Positions 1 to 8,409 of a stretch of DNA of 64,000 nucleotides are shown piece after piece. The number at the start of each line of letters is the position of its first letter. Within the stretch, counting starts at the first letter, position 1. The stretch is from Andalucia godoyi And28 (taxonomy: Eukaryota; Protista; Jakobida): NCBI GenBank assembly GCA_009859145.1, contig VRVR01000021.1, forward strand, positions 257,507-321,506, given 5' to 3'. Under the pieces are notes generated by a model, which did not search any database, was not told the DNA's origin, and was given only the letters and a program-made list of their open reading frames with translations. The translations under genes were made by a program, and so were the position numbers.

Positions 1-35
1 GACTGGCACACCTGAATTCTCCGTTGCCCGCCGCT

Positions 36-360
36 GGCCAGAAAACATGAATCACGACTGGTCATCGGGCAGGATCATCGAAATCAACATATCCCTCAAT
101 CGATTCAACATTCAAAAATGAACGTTGGAGGAAACAGAATGTAATCGGCGAACGACATCGCGCCTGACGACGCTTTTACCTTTGCTCCTTCTTGTTCTCT
201 GACTTGAAAGCGCATTCCGAACGCGCAATCGATCACATCTTCGTGATTTAAAATATCTTGCTCAGCAAGAACAGAAGATAGTAGAAAGAAAAGAAAAGTG
301 GACTTGACTGCGGTAAGGAAATCGTACTGTTTGACGTTCAATGTTGACACAGAAAGCTGT
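36..360 (+). repeat. Dispersed repeat family, diverged copy C
   Basis: gccagaaaacatgaatcacgactggtcatcgg (36-68) resembles gccaaaaacatgaaatcattattgatcatcgg (60344-60375). gacttgactgcggtaaggaaatcgtactgtttgacgttcaatgttgacacagaaagctgt (301-360) matches 12181-12245. The middle is only weakly similar. Confidence 0.6.
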
Positions 361-561
361 CAGCTGTACGACACCATCCATCCAGTCGACTGTCTAAATG
401 TAAATAATGCAAAGATATGTTCCGTCTTATCACGTGACGCGCGACCCAAACGAAGGTATGGTTGTCTTTTTGTGTGTGTTGGTTTGAACAGTCTCGTGTC
501 AAGCAGCATATTTGCATCGTCATCTTCCAAATGCCTGCATACAGGTAAGAAGCTTGCAGTT

Positions 562-1551
562 ATGGAAACCGAGTCTCTTTTGCAACAACAGTCCTCTTCA
601 CCTGCTCCTGGGTCGCCGCCGCAGCGTCGTGCAATGTCCGGGCGGTCGCAAGAGAGTGGGCCAGTGCGGATTCCACGGGCACTTGGTGCTTCACAGCTGG
701 ACTCGCTCATTCTGCAAGCGGATGTTGAGAGCATGCTTCGGATGCAGTGGAAACGCATATTTGCGCTTGCAAGCCCCGTCTTTCGAGATGATTTCCAAGC
801 AGATCTCGAGGCTCTCTTTTCTCTGTTTTTGTTTCGGTATACATTGTGGACTAACTACCAGACGTATTCAGACAAGCTGCTCGATATTTCGTACCGCATT
901 GCAAACAAGGAAAAGATGACGCTTGCGAATCCGTCTCGACTCCGTCTTTTATGCTATGCCGTTGTAACAGTCGGAATTCCGTATTGCTATCAGAAGTTCG
1001 TTTCACTGCAGTTCACGAATGCAAAGATCATTGAGCGCGCCCATCTTCTTCTGGAGATTCTGAACCGATATCTGTTTTTGTGGACTGGCGAGTTCCGTAC
1101 CGTTGCCGACCGTGTCTGCCAAATGCGACTCTTGCCTGTACGCACTGCAACCCCGCGCATCCCTTACTACGACTTCCTGCATCGCCAGCTTGTCTGGAAA
1201 ACATTTTCCGAGTTTGCGTTGTTTGTCTATCCGCTAATTAAGTCCCGCATCTGCAGAGTACGAACCATGCTGCTGCGAACCGTGTTTCGGACGCTTCGAT
1301 CGCCGAAACATGACCGTGGCCAACGACTGTCTTCACAGGATACCCTGGCGCCCACCACTGGTGCGTCGACCATTCCGCGACAGTGCCATGCGTGTGAAGC
1401 AAGTCCCACAAAGTTTCCGTGTGCAGCTTCTTGTGGCCACGTCTTTTGCTACATGTGCATTGCAGGCTCTGTCGAGGCAAATCCGGACGCTGCGTGCCCT
1501 GTGTGCTATGCGCAGTGCTCGCCTATTCGCCTGTTGTTTCCCGCTCCTTGA
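562..1551 (+). CDS. PEX2: Peroxisomal RING-finger peroxin PEX2
   Basis: Pex2/Pex12 N-terminal signature (SQLDSLILQADVESML...ADLEALFSLFLFRYT...TYSDKLLDISY) and C-terminal RING (CHAC...CGHVFCYMC...CPVC). Start placed at ATG 562; the upstream part of track ORF 298 overlaps the repeat. Confidence 0.85.
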   Translation: METESLLQQQSSSPAPGSPPQRRAMSGRSQESGPVRIPRALGASQLDSLILQADVESMLRMQWKRIFALASPVFRDDFQADLEALFSLFLFRYTLWTNYQTYSDKLLDISYRIANKEKMTLANPSRLRLLCYAVVTVGIPYCYQKFVSLQFTNAKIIERAHLLLEILNRYLFLWTGEFRTVADRVCQMRLLPVRTATPRIPYYDFLHRQLVWKTFSEFALFVYPLIKSRICRVRTMLLRTVFRTLRSPKHDRGQRLSSQDTLAPTTGASTIPRQCHACEASPTKFPCAASCGHVFCYMCIAGSVEANPDAACPVCYAQCSPIRLLFPAP

Positions 1552-1568
1552 CGCCGCCCCCGTCGTCG

Positions 1569-1792
1569 CAACCACGAGTTTCTTGGTTCTCGGTGTCTTC
1601 GGGCATGGCCGGTTTTGAGTTTGTTGGGAAGATCCCTCTTTGGAGCCATGAGATGTTTTGTCTTTGTCTTTGACGAGGTGGTTGCTGCTTGAAGGTTTGA
1701 TTATGAAAAAATCAAACATGTTGTTAAGCTGCCAGCCGTGTTCTTGGGCAGCATATCGGATGCTTGTTCGAGACCTGTCGACTGCGGAATGG
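1569..1792 (+). repeat. Dispersed repeat family, partial copy D
   Basis: tttcttggttctcgg...catggccggttttgagtttgttgggaagatccctctttggagccatgagatgttttgtc...gcttgaaggtttgat (1579-1701) is clearly homologous to 11996-12111 and 60536-60655. A degenerate gac..gactgcggaatgg occurs at 1772-1792. Confidence 0.85.
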
Positions 1793-1866
1793 CTGCACAA
1801 CCAAACACGAAACTTTTAGAAAAGCGCCAACATAAACAAATCAAATCCAACATGCCAATCTTCATG

Positions 1867-1907
1867 GTAGTAGTAGACGTAGTAGTAGACGTAGTAGTAG
1901 ACGTAGT
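1867..1907 (+). repeat. 12-bp tandem repeat (GTAGTAGTAGAC) x3.4
   Basis: Read directly from the sequence, about 50 bp upstream of ATG 1955. Confidence 0.95.
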
Positions 1908-1954
1908 GACTCTGTGGGATAGATCAGTCAGAGCGGATAAGGACCAAAGAGACG

Positions 1955-4900
1955 ATGGATGCGTCAACGGTCGACGAACATCAAGAAGAAGATGCAGCAA
2001 TTGGGATTTACAAAACATACGTTGCTAAACACGGATTATTTCGGGTTTTCCGCTCCACGTTTCAAGAATTCAACCGCATTGTTGCGCTTGTTCTTCCTGA
2101 AAACCCATACAGTGTCATTCTTGGAATCCTTTCGTCACAAGAAGTCGGAAATTTAGTATCGAATGCCTCTGCGCCACAGCCTGCTGCGCTAGGAGATATG
2201 AAAATCGATGTCGTTCTGTTGAATGGTAAGACTCTTCCGTATCCGCTATGCAGAATGCCCAGTGAAAAGAACCCGATCACAGGGCTTCGCCACTTGTTGG
2301 GGCACGTGCATCCATTGTACATCCACGCTCTACGATGCATCATCGCGGCGTTTCAAATTCCCGACATAGAAGAGTGCGCCATGACATCACCGGCGACGGC
2401 ATCCGCAACGGCAACTGCTGCAAGTGGAGCGAAGACGTCGGAATCATCGAGGATGCACGTGGAGTCTGCAACGGCCGTTGTGATCCCGACAGTGTTGTTT
2501 CCAAACATCATCAAGAACCTTGCGTGCCCTTTGTGTGTCCGAGAGCACGTACTGATTACGTGCACGGGAATGGAACACGGTTCGCAGGTGCTCGCGAGAC
2601 TTGTGTACTCGCAAGTCCGTGCGATCATGGGAAACAACCCCATGCGATGTTCTCTCCAGCGGGCTGTCCTCCAGTTTCCCCATCTTCTGGACGCCGAGGA
2701 CCAGGAAATCCCAATGGATGTGCTCGCCGCAGCCCCGCAACAAAAGGATGAATCGGTCCGAAGGCTAACGGATATCCTCGGCGGTGTTCTTGAAAAGTGC
2801 CCCGACATCAAATTCGAATTCTTCCTTGACACGGCAACAGTTTCTCCGCAGCAAGACTTGCGCTTCCCGTCTGCAGAGTTTTCGAGGTTCACGGACCATC
2901 GGCTCGTGTTGGTTTGCAAGACGTTGTCGGTTTCCCTCAAAATGCAGTCGGACAGCCGAGTTGTCTCCATCAGTCACTTCACTGGCTTTCCAATGCGACT
3001 GTTATTGGAGGGAGTGTTTCTGGACACGGACTCGGCTGCTCGCTACATCTCGTGGTTCGATCTGGGCTCTCAGCCAATGGAAAAGAGCATTTTGCGCATG
3101 AAGGTGTCCTATGCGACATCGTTCAAGAAAACAAACACTGTCGGAAAGTCGTTTTCTGCTGCCGTGGATGCCCTGCTCCCATATCTTTTGCTACAATTGA
3201 CAGATTCGGATGCCGATGGACCAATCCTTGATGAGCTTCAAAGCCTCCTTGGATCACAGTTTGTTGAAACTTGTCAGCAGGTCCAGGGTTCTTGCTGCGC
3301 ACTCTTGGCAAATGAATCGCTGTGGGGTACTTGCATGCCGTCACAAATCGTTCGGTCGTTGCGATTGCTTGTCAAGTCCATCGCCCTCTCGGATGCCCTC
3401 TGTCAAGCTCCGTTTCTTGAGGCCTGCATTCGCGTGGTTGAGAAGGTTGACGGGCAAAAAATGGCGAACAAGACACCGGCTGTGAATATGTTGAAGCGTC
3501 TCGACGATCTTGTGCTCGCCTTACTCAATTCATCGCTGTTCCTGCTGTTCAACGCAAAGCATTTGCATGTTGGTTTGTGGGTCGAGAATCAGTTCCAAAT
3601 GAAACAGTTTTTCCATTATCCAAGTCTTGCCGAGACGAAAGACACGGACCAAGTGCTTTCGACGTATGTTCCTTATGAAGTCCGACGGTTTCAACGGTTT
3701 CTGCTGGTGCCAGACGGCGTGGTTACTGAATCTGTACTTGCTCAGTACTACGTCGATTCGCAATTGGATTCTTTCCTGCAGGATTGCTTCCAGGCCTGCT
3801 TTCGATCAGATCCATTGACGCCGTATCCGTTGATGTTGATTGTCGATTTAGCGAAACAGCGGTACATGTCCTATCGCTTGTCTCTCTTCCTGGAGGCTGT
3901 GGAATCGAACAGGAGCCTGAGTATTTCCTTCTCGTCTGACCCGCAAGATGTGGTTTCGGCAAGCACGACGTCGTCGTTATCAAACGGGGTTGTTTCCTTT
4001 TACGGTTCCAAGATCGCATTGGCGATGTTTGCAGCAATTGAGCAGCCAGTGTTTCGCGAACTGGCGTTTCAAATCTTGTCTGTCGTCGTGGAGAAATCTG
4101 TCCCGCCTTTTGGGTTTGAAGGGCCCACGTTGGCCATTATGGGAGGCTCGTACAAGGTCGATTCTTGCATGGCACTGCGACTCCCGTGTGTCAATGTGGA
4201 CGGAAGCTCAATGACAAGCAGCTGCTGCAGCTTCGTGGTGGAAGAACTGTACATCGTTGAGGGCCCTGACACGCACGACGGATTGCTGTACGCTATTGAA
4301 GTGTTTCTTACACGAATTGTAGACGCTCTGAATCGCGTTGGAACTGCCACGATTGATGCTCAGCAAACGGCGCAGTTTTATCCGCTATTTGTTTCCATCG
4401 GTGCACAAGCCAGAGTTCCGGTGTACGAACTGCTCTCTGATTTAAATGGTGCGATGCAGAAAATTTCAACGCACCTGTGGGCCGGTGATGCCTCTGATGT
4501 GTGCGTTGAGGGCGCTGTTGGGTACCCGTCAGATTTACGGGGCTCTCTTGTACGTGGTCCGGTTTGCATTCGATGGGCAAAGTATGTGAAATTTGCATTC
4601 CGATCAAGCAGCACTCGAGTGCGACGTGATTTTTCCAGGTTTGGCGTCGACCGATTGGACAGTTGCCTGTTCTTTTCAAAGTCCGACTGCTCGACGTTTG
4701 AAAAGATCTGTCCTCGTCCTCCCATGCCGTCAGCCATCCAGCATGCTTCCCTTCTTGAACTTGCATCACAGGATCTGATAGCAGTTTGGCGTCGCAGTTT
4801 TGAGGAGGGGCAGTGCTACGCTTTCATGTCCTTGTCAAGCCTGGTGTGGCTGCAGTCTGTGAAAGGTGCTCTGTCGTTCCCGGAACCGTCCAATCTCAAG

Positions 4901-5404
4901 CATTGGCTGAAAGAGAACCACCATCGTCTTCAGAATGGCATCAATTTGGACCAGGACCGGGCCCGCGAGGAAACAGAAACAGAAATGTCCTTTGGGAAAT
5001 CCATCTTTTACGACACCTCGCGCTTGTCGTTCTGTATTTCCAATTGGACGACAGCATGCGCTCCGTTCCTGAGCTTCCTGGAAATGCTCGAAACCGCATT
5101 ACCGCTGCCCGATTTTCTAGAGGCCTCTTGCACTGCGCAATTTTTCGACTTGAAATCAAGATCCCGTGTGCTGCTGGAAAATCGACAATGGTACAACTGC
5201 TTCTTCTATGAAGACTTGATCGCGGCACATCGCGTGTTTTCCAGCATGGATCCCTCTATGTTTTTCAGTGATTCCATGGCAACCTTCCGGCGTCAGTTTG
5301 CCTCGTATATACGACTCTCTGTACAAAATGCGGCCACCACCGTTTTCCGTCAGCTGTCGAAATCAGAAGCGCAAGCTCGGCAGCTTCTGTCGCTGGTTGA
5401 ATAG
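1955..5404 (+). CDS. 1149-aa protein with an N-terminal RIIa/Dpy-30-like docking motif and a probable degenerate enolase fold (ENO4-like)
   Basis: Long ATG-TAG ORF. N-terminal YVAKHGLFRVF...LPENPYSVILGIL fits the D/D motif pattern. Segments AMFAAIEQPVFRELA, GPTLAIMGGS and VVEELYIV follow the order of enolase motifs. Existence is well supported; the function call is tentative. Confidence 0.5.
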   Translation: MDASTVDEHQEEDAAIGIYKTYVAKHGLFRVFRSTFQEFNRIVALVLPENPYSVILGILSSQEVGNLVSNASAPQPAALGDMKIDVVLLNGKTLPYPLCRMPSEKNPITGLRHLLGHVHPLYIHALRCIIAAFQIPDIEECAMTSPATASATATAASGAKTSESSRMHVESATAVVIPTVLFPNIIKNLACPLCVREHVLITCTGMEHGSQVLARLVYSQVRAIMGNNPMRCSLQRAVLQFPHLLDAEDQEIPMDVLAAAPQQKDESVRRLTDILGGVLEKCPDIKFEFFLDTATVSPQQDLRFPSAEFSRFTDHRLVLVCKTLSVSLKMQSDSRVVSISHFTGFPMRLLLEGVFLDTDSAARYISWFDLGSQPMEKSILRMKVSYATSFKKTNTVGKSFSAAVDALLPYLLLQLTDSDADGPILDELQSLLGSQFVETCQQVQGSCCALLANESLWGTCMPSQIVRSLRLLVKSIALSDALCQAPFLEACIRVVEKVDGQKMANKTPAVNMLKRLDDLVLALLNSSLFLLFNAKHLHVGLWVENQFQMKQFFHYPSLAETKDTDQVLSTYVPYEVRRFQRFLLVPDGVVTESVLAQYYVDSQLDSFLQDCFQACFRSDPLTPYPLMLIVDLAKQRYMSYRLSLFLEAVESNRSLSISFSSDPQDVVSASTTSSLSNGVVSFYGSKIALAMFAAIEQPVFRELAFQILSVVVEKSVPPFGFEGPTLAIMGGSYKVDSCMALRLPCVNVDGSSMTSSCCSFVVEELYIVEGPDTHDGLLYAIEVFLTRIVDALNRVGTATIDAQQTAQFYPLFVSIGAQARVPVYELLSDLNGAMQKISTHLWAGDASDVCVEGAVGYPSDLRGSLVRGPVCIRWAKYVKFAFRSSSTRVRRDFSRFGVDRLDSCLFFSKSDCSTFEKICPRPPMPSAIQHASLLELASQDLIAVWRRSFEEGQCYAFMSLSSLVWLQSVKGALSFPEPSNLKHWLKENHHRLQNGINLDQDRAREETETEMSFGKSIFYDTSRLSFCISNWTTACAPFLSFLEMLETALPLPDFLEASCTAQFFDLKSRSRVLLENRQWYNCFFYEDLIAAHRVFSSMDPSMFFSDSMATFRRQFASYIRLSVQNAATTVFRQLSKSEAQARQLLSLVE

Positions 5405-5491
5405 CAAGTGCTGCTTTCATCCTTCTTTAATCAAAAAAGGAAAAGAAAGAAGATGGAAAAAAATTAGCGATAAAATCTCCCCCCGCAGGCT

Positions 5492-7519
5492 TCACACACG
5501 ATTGTCTGCGCAAGAGACTGGGCTGGCCGACACCGAAACTGCATCCAATGGCTCCAATTGCCTGACGGTGTGCCGTATGGTCTGTTTCTCGACGAGGTTT
5601 CGATAGATTCCGTGGGCATTTTGCATCAGACTGTCATGAGTTCCTTCTTCAGCGATCATGCCCTTATCAAGCACAATCACGCGGTCAGCCATTTGCACGG
5701 TCGACAGTCGGTGAGCTACCATGATGACTGTTCTGCCCTTTGTGACTTGCGACATGGCTTCTTGGAAAGCATGCTCAGCCTCTGCATCCAACGAGGATGT
5801 TGCCTCGTCAAGCAGAATGACGTCTGGATTTCGCAAGATGAGACGCGCAATGGCGATGCGCTGTTTCTGACCGCCACTGAGCTGCACTCCTCGGGGACCG
5901 ACAACCGTATTGTATTGATCCGGTAGGGATATGACAAAATCATGAAGTTGCGCAATCTTGGCGGCTTGCACAACGGCCTCTTCTACTTGTCCTGAAGCGG
6001 CGGAAGACGACAAGGCACAGCGAATATTGTCTGCGATTGTTCCACTGAGAATTGTTGAATCTTGACTGACAATCCCGATTCGAGACCGGATGGTCTTTTC
6101 TTCGATGGTGGCAATATTTCGTCCATCAAGAAGGATGCAGCCTGAAGAAGGGTTGTACAGACGCAATAGCAAATGTAAAATTGTGGATTTTCCTCCGCCG
6201 GAAGCCCCCACCAACGCAACCACTTCGCCCTTTCGGATCTCGAGCGACACGTCTTGCAGAACAGGAACATTGGGCCTCGAAGGATACGCAAACCGCACGC
6301 TCAACATTTCGATTTGTGGCGCTGCTCGATCCTCAGAGGTGCTGGACCGCGGAGAAGAAAGCCGGGCGGCGGCGGTGGTGGTGGTGGTGGAGGGACCTTC
6401 CAGCAAAAAATTTCCAGCCTCCGCATCGCAGGCTGCAGACCTGACGCGGGGCTCCTTGTCTTGCTGCCGCGCGTTCTGCGTCTGCGAATCGAGCACAATA
6501 TCCATCATGTCCTCGGCTCCTCCAACATTCCGCATGAAGTCTCCGGCTTGGTGGGACAATGCACCCAAAGCGTGCGCGATCAGCACAGCGTACAACACAA
6601 ACGACGTCAAGTCTCCCACAGACAAGTTTCCGTCTCTCAACAGTTTGGCGCCGTACCAAAAGACGAGAACTATCGACATGTAGGACAGCCACTCTGCGCC
6701 GCCCTGGAACGTTCCCACTGCCACTGCCATCTTTTTCCCCCACAAATAAGACACCCCAGTGGCCACATCACACCGGTCCTGTGCAAGCTTTTCTAAACTA
6801 AACGCTTTCAGAAACCGAACGTTTGAAAGGCTCTCTTCGGCGTAAAAGTTTGCCGAGGCGACGCTGGACTGGTAGGATCTGGATAACTTGCGAACAACCA
6901 TGGAGTACACGATGCCTGCAAGTGCCAGCACCGGAAACACCGAGCTCATCACGAGTGCGAGTGTCCAACTAATGTAGAGCAAAATGCAGATTCCTCCAAC
7001 AGCCTGGATAGCAAAGCGGACTGCCATTGGCAAGTGCAGCGATGTTGCAGCTCTGAGCAACGCGGTGTCGACGGAAACCATCGAAGAAAGCCCGCCGGCG
7101 TTCGGATGCGTGTCAAAGTACGACACAGGCTTACTCAGGAATGACGATATGAGAAGTGACCGCACATGTGCCGTCGTCCGCTCTCCTGCGTACGCGAAGA
7201 GGAACCCTCGCACAGCCGTGCAGACAGCTCCGACTGACAGCACAATGGCCAGAATTCCAGCTCGCGCTCCAAGCTCGCTTTCTGATTTCGCATCGATGAG
7301 AATCCCGACACTCAAGGGCACATACAGATTCACTGCGACGGACAGCAGGAGTGCGAAAAGCCCCATCAGCAGAAGATGCCACTCAGGTCTGCAAAGGAGC
7401 ATGCATCGCTTGAAAAGGGAAAACGACGACTTCACTCGAGATTTGATGGCAGGATCCGAGCCAGTGTCGGCCGATGCAGAAGACGATGGCAGACTGCGCG
7501 GATAATATAGTGCGCGCAT
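5492..7519 (-). CDS. Half-size ABC transporter, subfamily B (ABCB10/MDL1/TAP-like)
   Basis: Six-TM ABC membrane domain followed by an NBD with Walker A GASGGGKST, Q-loop VSQD, signature LSGGQKQR, Walker B ILLDEATS and H-loop VAHRLST. Confidence 0.92.
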   Translation of the reverse strand: MRALYYPRSLPSSSASADTGSDPAIKSRVKSSFSLFKRCMLLCRPEWHLLLMGLFALLLSVAVNLYVPLSVGILIDAKSESELGARAGILAIVLSVGAVCTAVRGFLFAYAGERTTAHVRSLLISSFLSKPVSYFDTHPNAGGLSSMVSVDTALLRAATSLHLPMAVRFAIQAVGGICILLYISWTLALVMSSVFPVLALAGIVYSMVVRKLSRSYQSSVASANFYAEESLSNVRFLKAFSLEKLAQDRCDVATGVSYLWGKKMAVAVGTFQGGAEWLSYMSIVLVFWYGAKLLRDGNLSVGDLTSFVLYAVLIAHALGALSHQAGDFMRNVGGAEDMMDIVLDSQTQNARQQDKEPRVRSAACDAEAGNFLLEGPSTTTTTAAARLSSPRSSTSEDRAAPQIEMLSVRFAYPSRPNVPVLQDVSLEIRKGEVVALVGASGGGKSTILHLLLRLYNPSSGCILLDGRNIATIEEKTIRSRIGIVSQDSTILSGTIADNIRCALSSSAASGQVEEAVVQAAKIAQLHDFVISLPDQYNTVVGPRGVQLSGGQKQRIAIARLILRNPDVILLDEATSSLDAEAEHAFQEAMSQVTKGRTVIMVAHRLSTVQMADRVIVLDKGMIAEEGTHDSLMQNAHGIYRNLVEKQTIRHTVRQLEPLDAVSVSASPVSCADNRV

Positions 7520-7618
7520 TGTCCAACCTATCCCGGATGACGATTTTTAAATTCCAAAAAAAATTATATATATAAAAACAACGACGAACAATTCACAAAA
7601 GCCAAAAACAAACCTCCA

Positions 7619-7649
7619 ATATATATATATATATATAGTGTGTGTGTGT
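7619..7649. repeat. (AT)n(GT)n microsatellite
   Basis: atatatatatatatatatagtgtgtgtgtgt. Confidence 0.9.
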
Positions 7650-7817
7650 ATGTTATTAATTTTTTTATAAATCGATTACTAAACAATTAGAACAAAAAAA
7701 ATAGAGGTGGCGCCACCTGCGAGCTTTTTGCAAGCTCTTTGACCTGTGAAGTTGATTGATAATTGCGCAATGCTTTTTGTTCTGCGGGAAAAGCCCTACG
7801 CAGACGGATGTTCGATA

Positions 7818-7935
7818 GGTACGGCCATACTAGAGTGAAAATACCGCATCCCGTCCGATTTGCGAAGTCAAGTGCTCTCAGGCTGGAGTAGTACTGAGGT
7901 GGGTGACCACTCGGGAATTCCCAGTGCTGTACTTT
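7818..7935 (+). rRNA. 5S rRNA
   Basis: About 118 nt: GGTACGGCCATAC...CATCCCGTCCGAT...GAAGTCAAG...TAGTACTGAGGTGGGTGACCACTCGGGAAT...GTGCTGTAC. Helix I (GTACGGC/GCTGTAC) pairs, and a T5 Pol III terminator follows at 7933-7937. Confidence 0.96.
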
Positions 7936-8067
7936 TTGCGACTTTTTTGCTCTCTCTCTTTAATCATTATCTTTTTTATATTTTGATGTTTTGAATTTTA
8001 TTTTCTGGTTTTTCCCTCCGTTTCACCAAAAAATGAAAGGAAGAGGGGGGTTTTATAAAAAAATTTC

Positions 8068-8141
8068 TGGACGAGAGGGGAATCGAACCCCTGACCTCTC
8101 GCATGCCATGCGAGCGCTGCTACCAGCTGAGCTACACGCCC
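8068..8141 (-). tRNA. tRNA-Ala(GGC)
   Basis: Reverse complement GGGCGTGTAGCTCAGCTGGTAGCAGCGCTCGCATGGCATGCGAGAGGTCAGGGGTTCGATTCCCCTCTCGTCCA folds as a cloverleaf. Anticodon stem CTCGC/GCGAG, loop AT-GGC-AT, G3:U70 and A73 Ala determinants, T7 terminator downstream. Confidence 0.93.
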
Positions 8142-8409
8142 AAGATTCGAAAACTTGCGACCAGCTTGCCTTGAGGCTGGACTGGCTGTGCCTAAATAAA
8201 TCGGACAACATCTTTGATTGGAAATTGGCATGTGATTTCCCCCGACCTTTCCGTTTCAAGAAGTCTTGAATCGATCAAGGATTCGCTGCAAAGAACGTTC
8301 TTTCATTCGAACAACACTGGATATTTTTTCTTTTTCTTAAATTCGTTGTTAGGTAGGTTTCATCATACTGCGCCAATTCCGCCGGTTGTTTACAGATCGT
8401 CAATTTTGG

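Noticed and set aside
105-350. 81-aa minus-strand ORF at the window start
   Set aside because: It overlaps diverged repeat copy C and has no recognisable motif.
545-559. GTAAG...TTGCAG 15-nt possible micro-intron just before the PEX2 ATG
   Set aside because: A single instance, and the best-supported intron here is 80 nt. The AG may instead serve the donor at 313.
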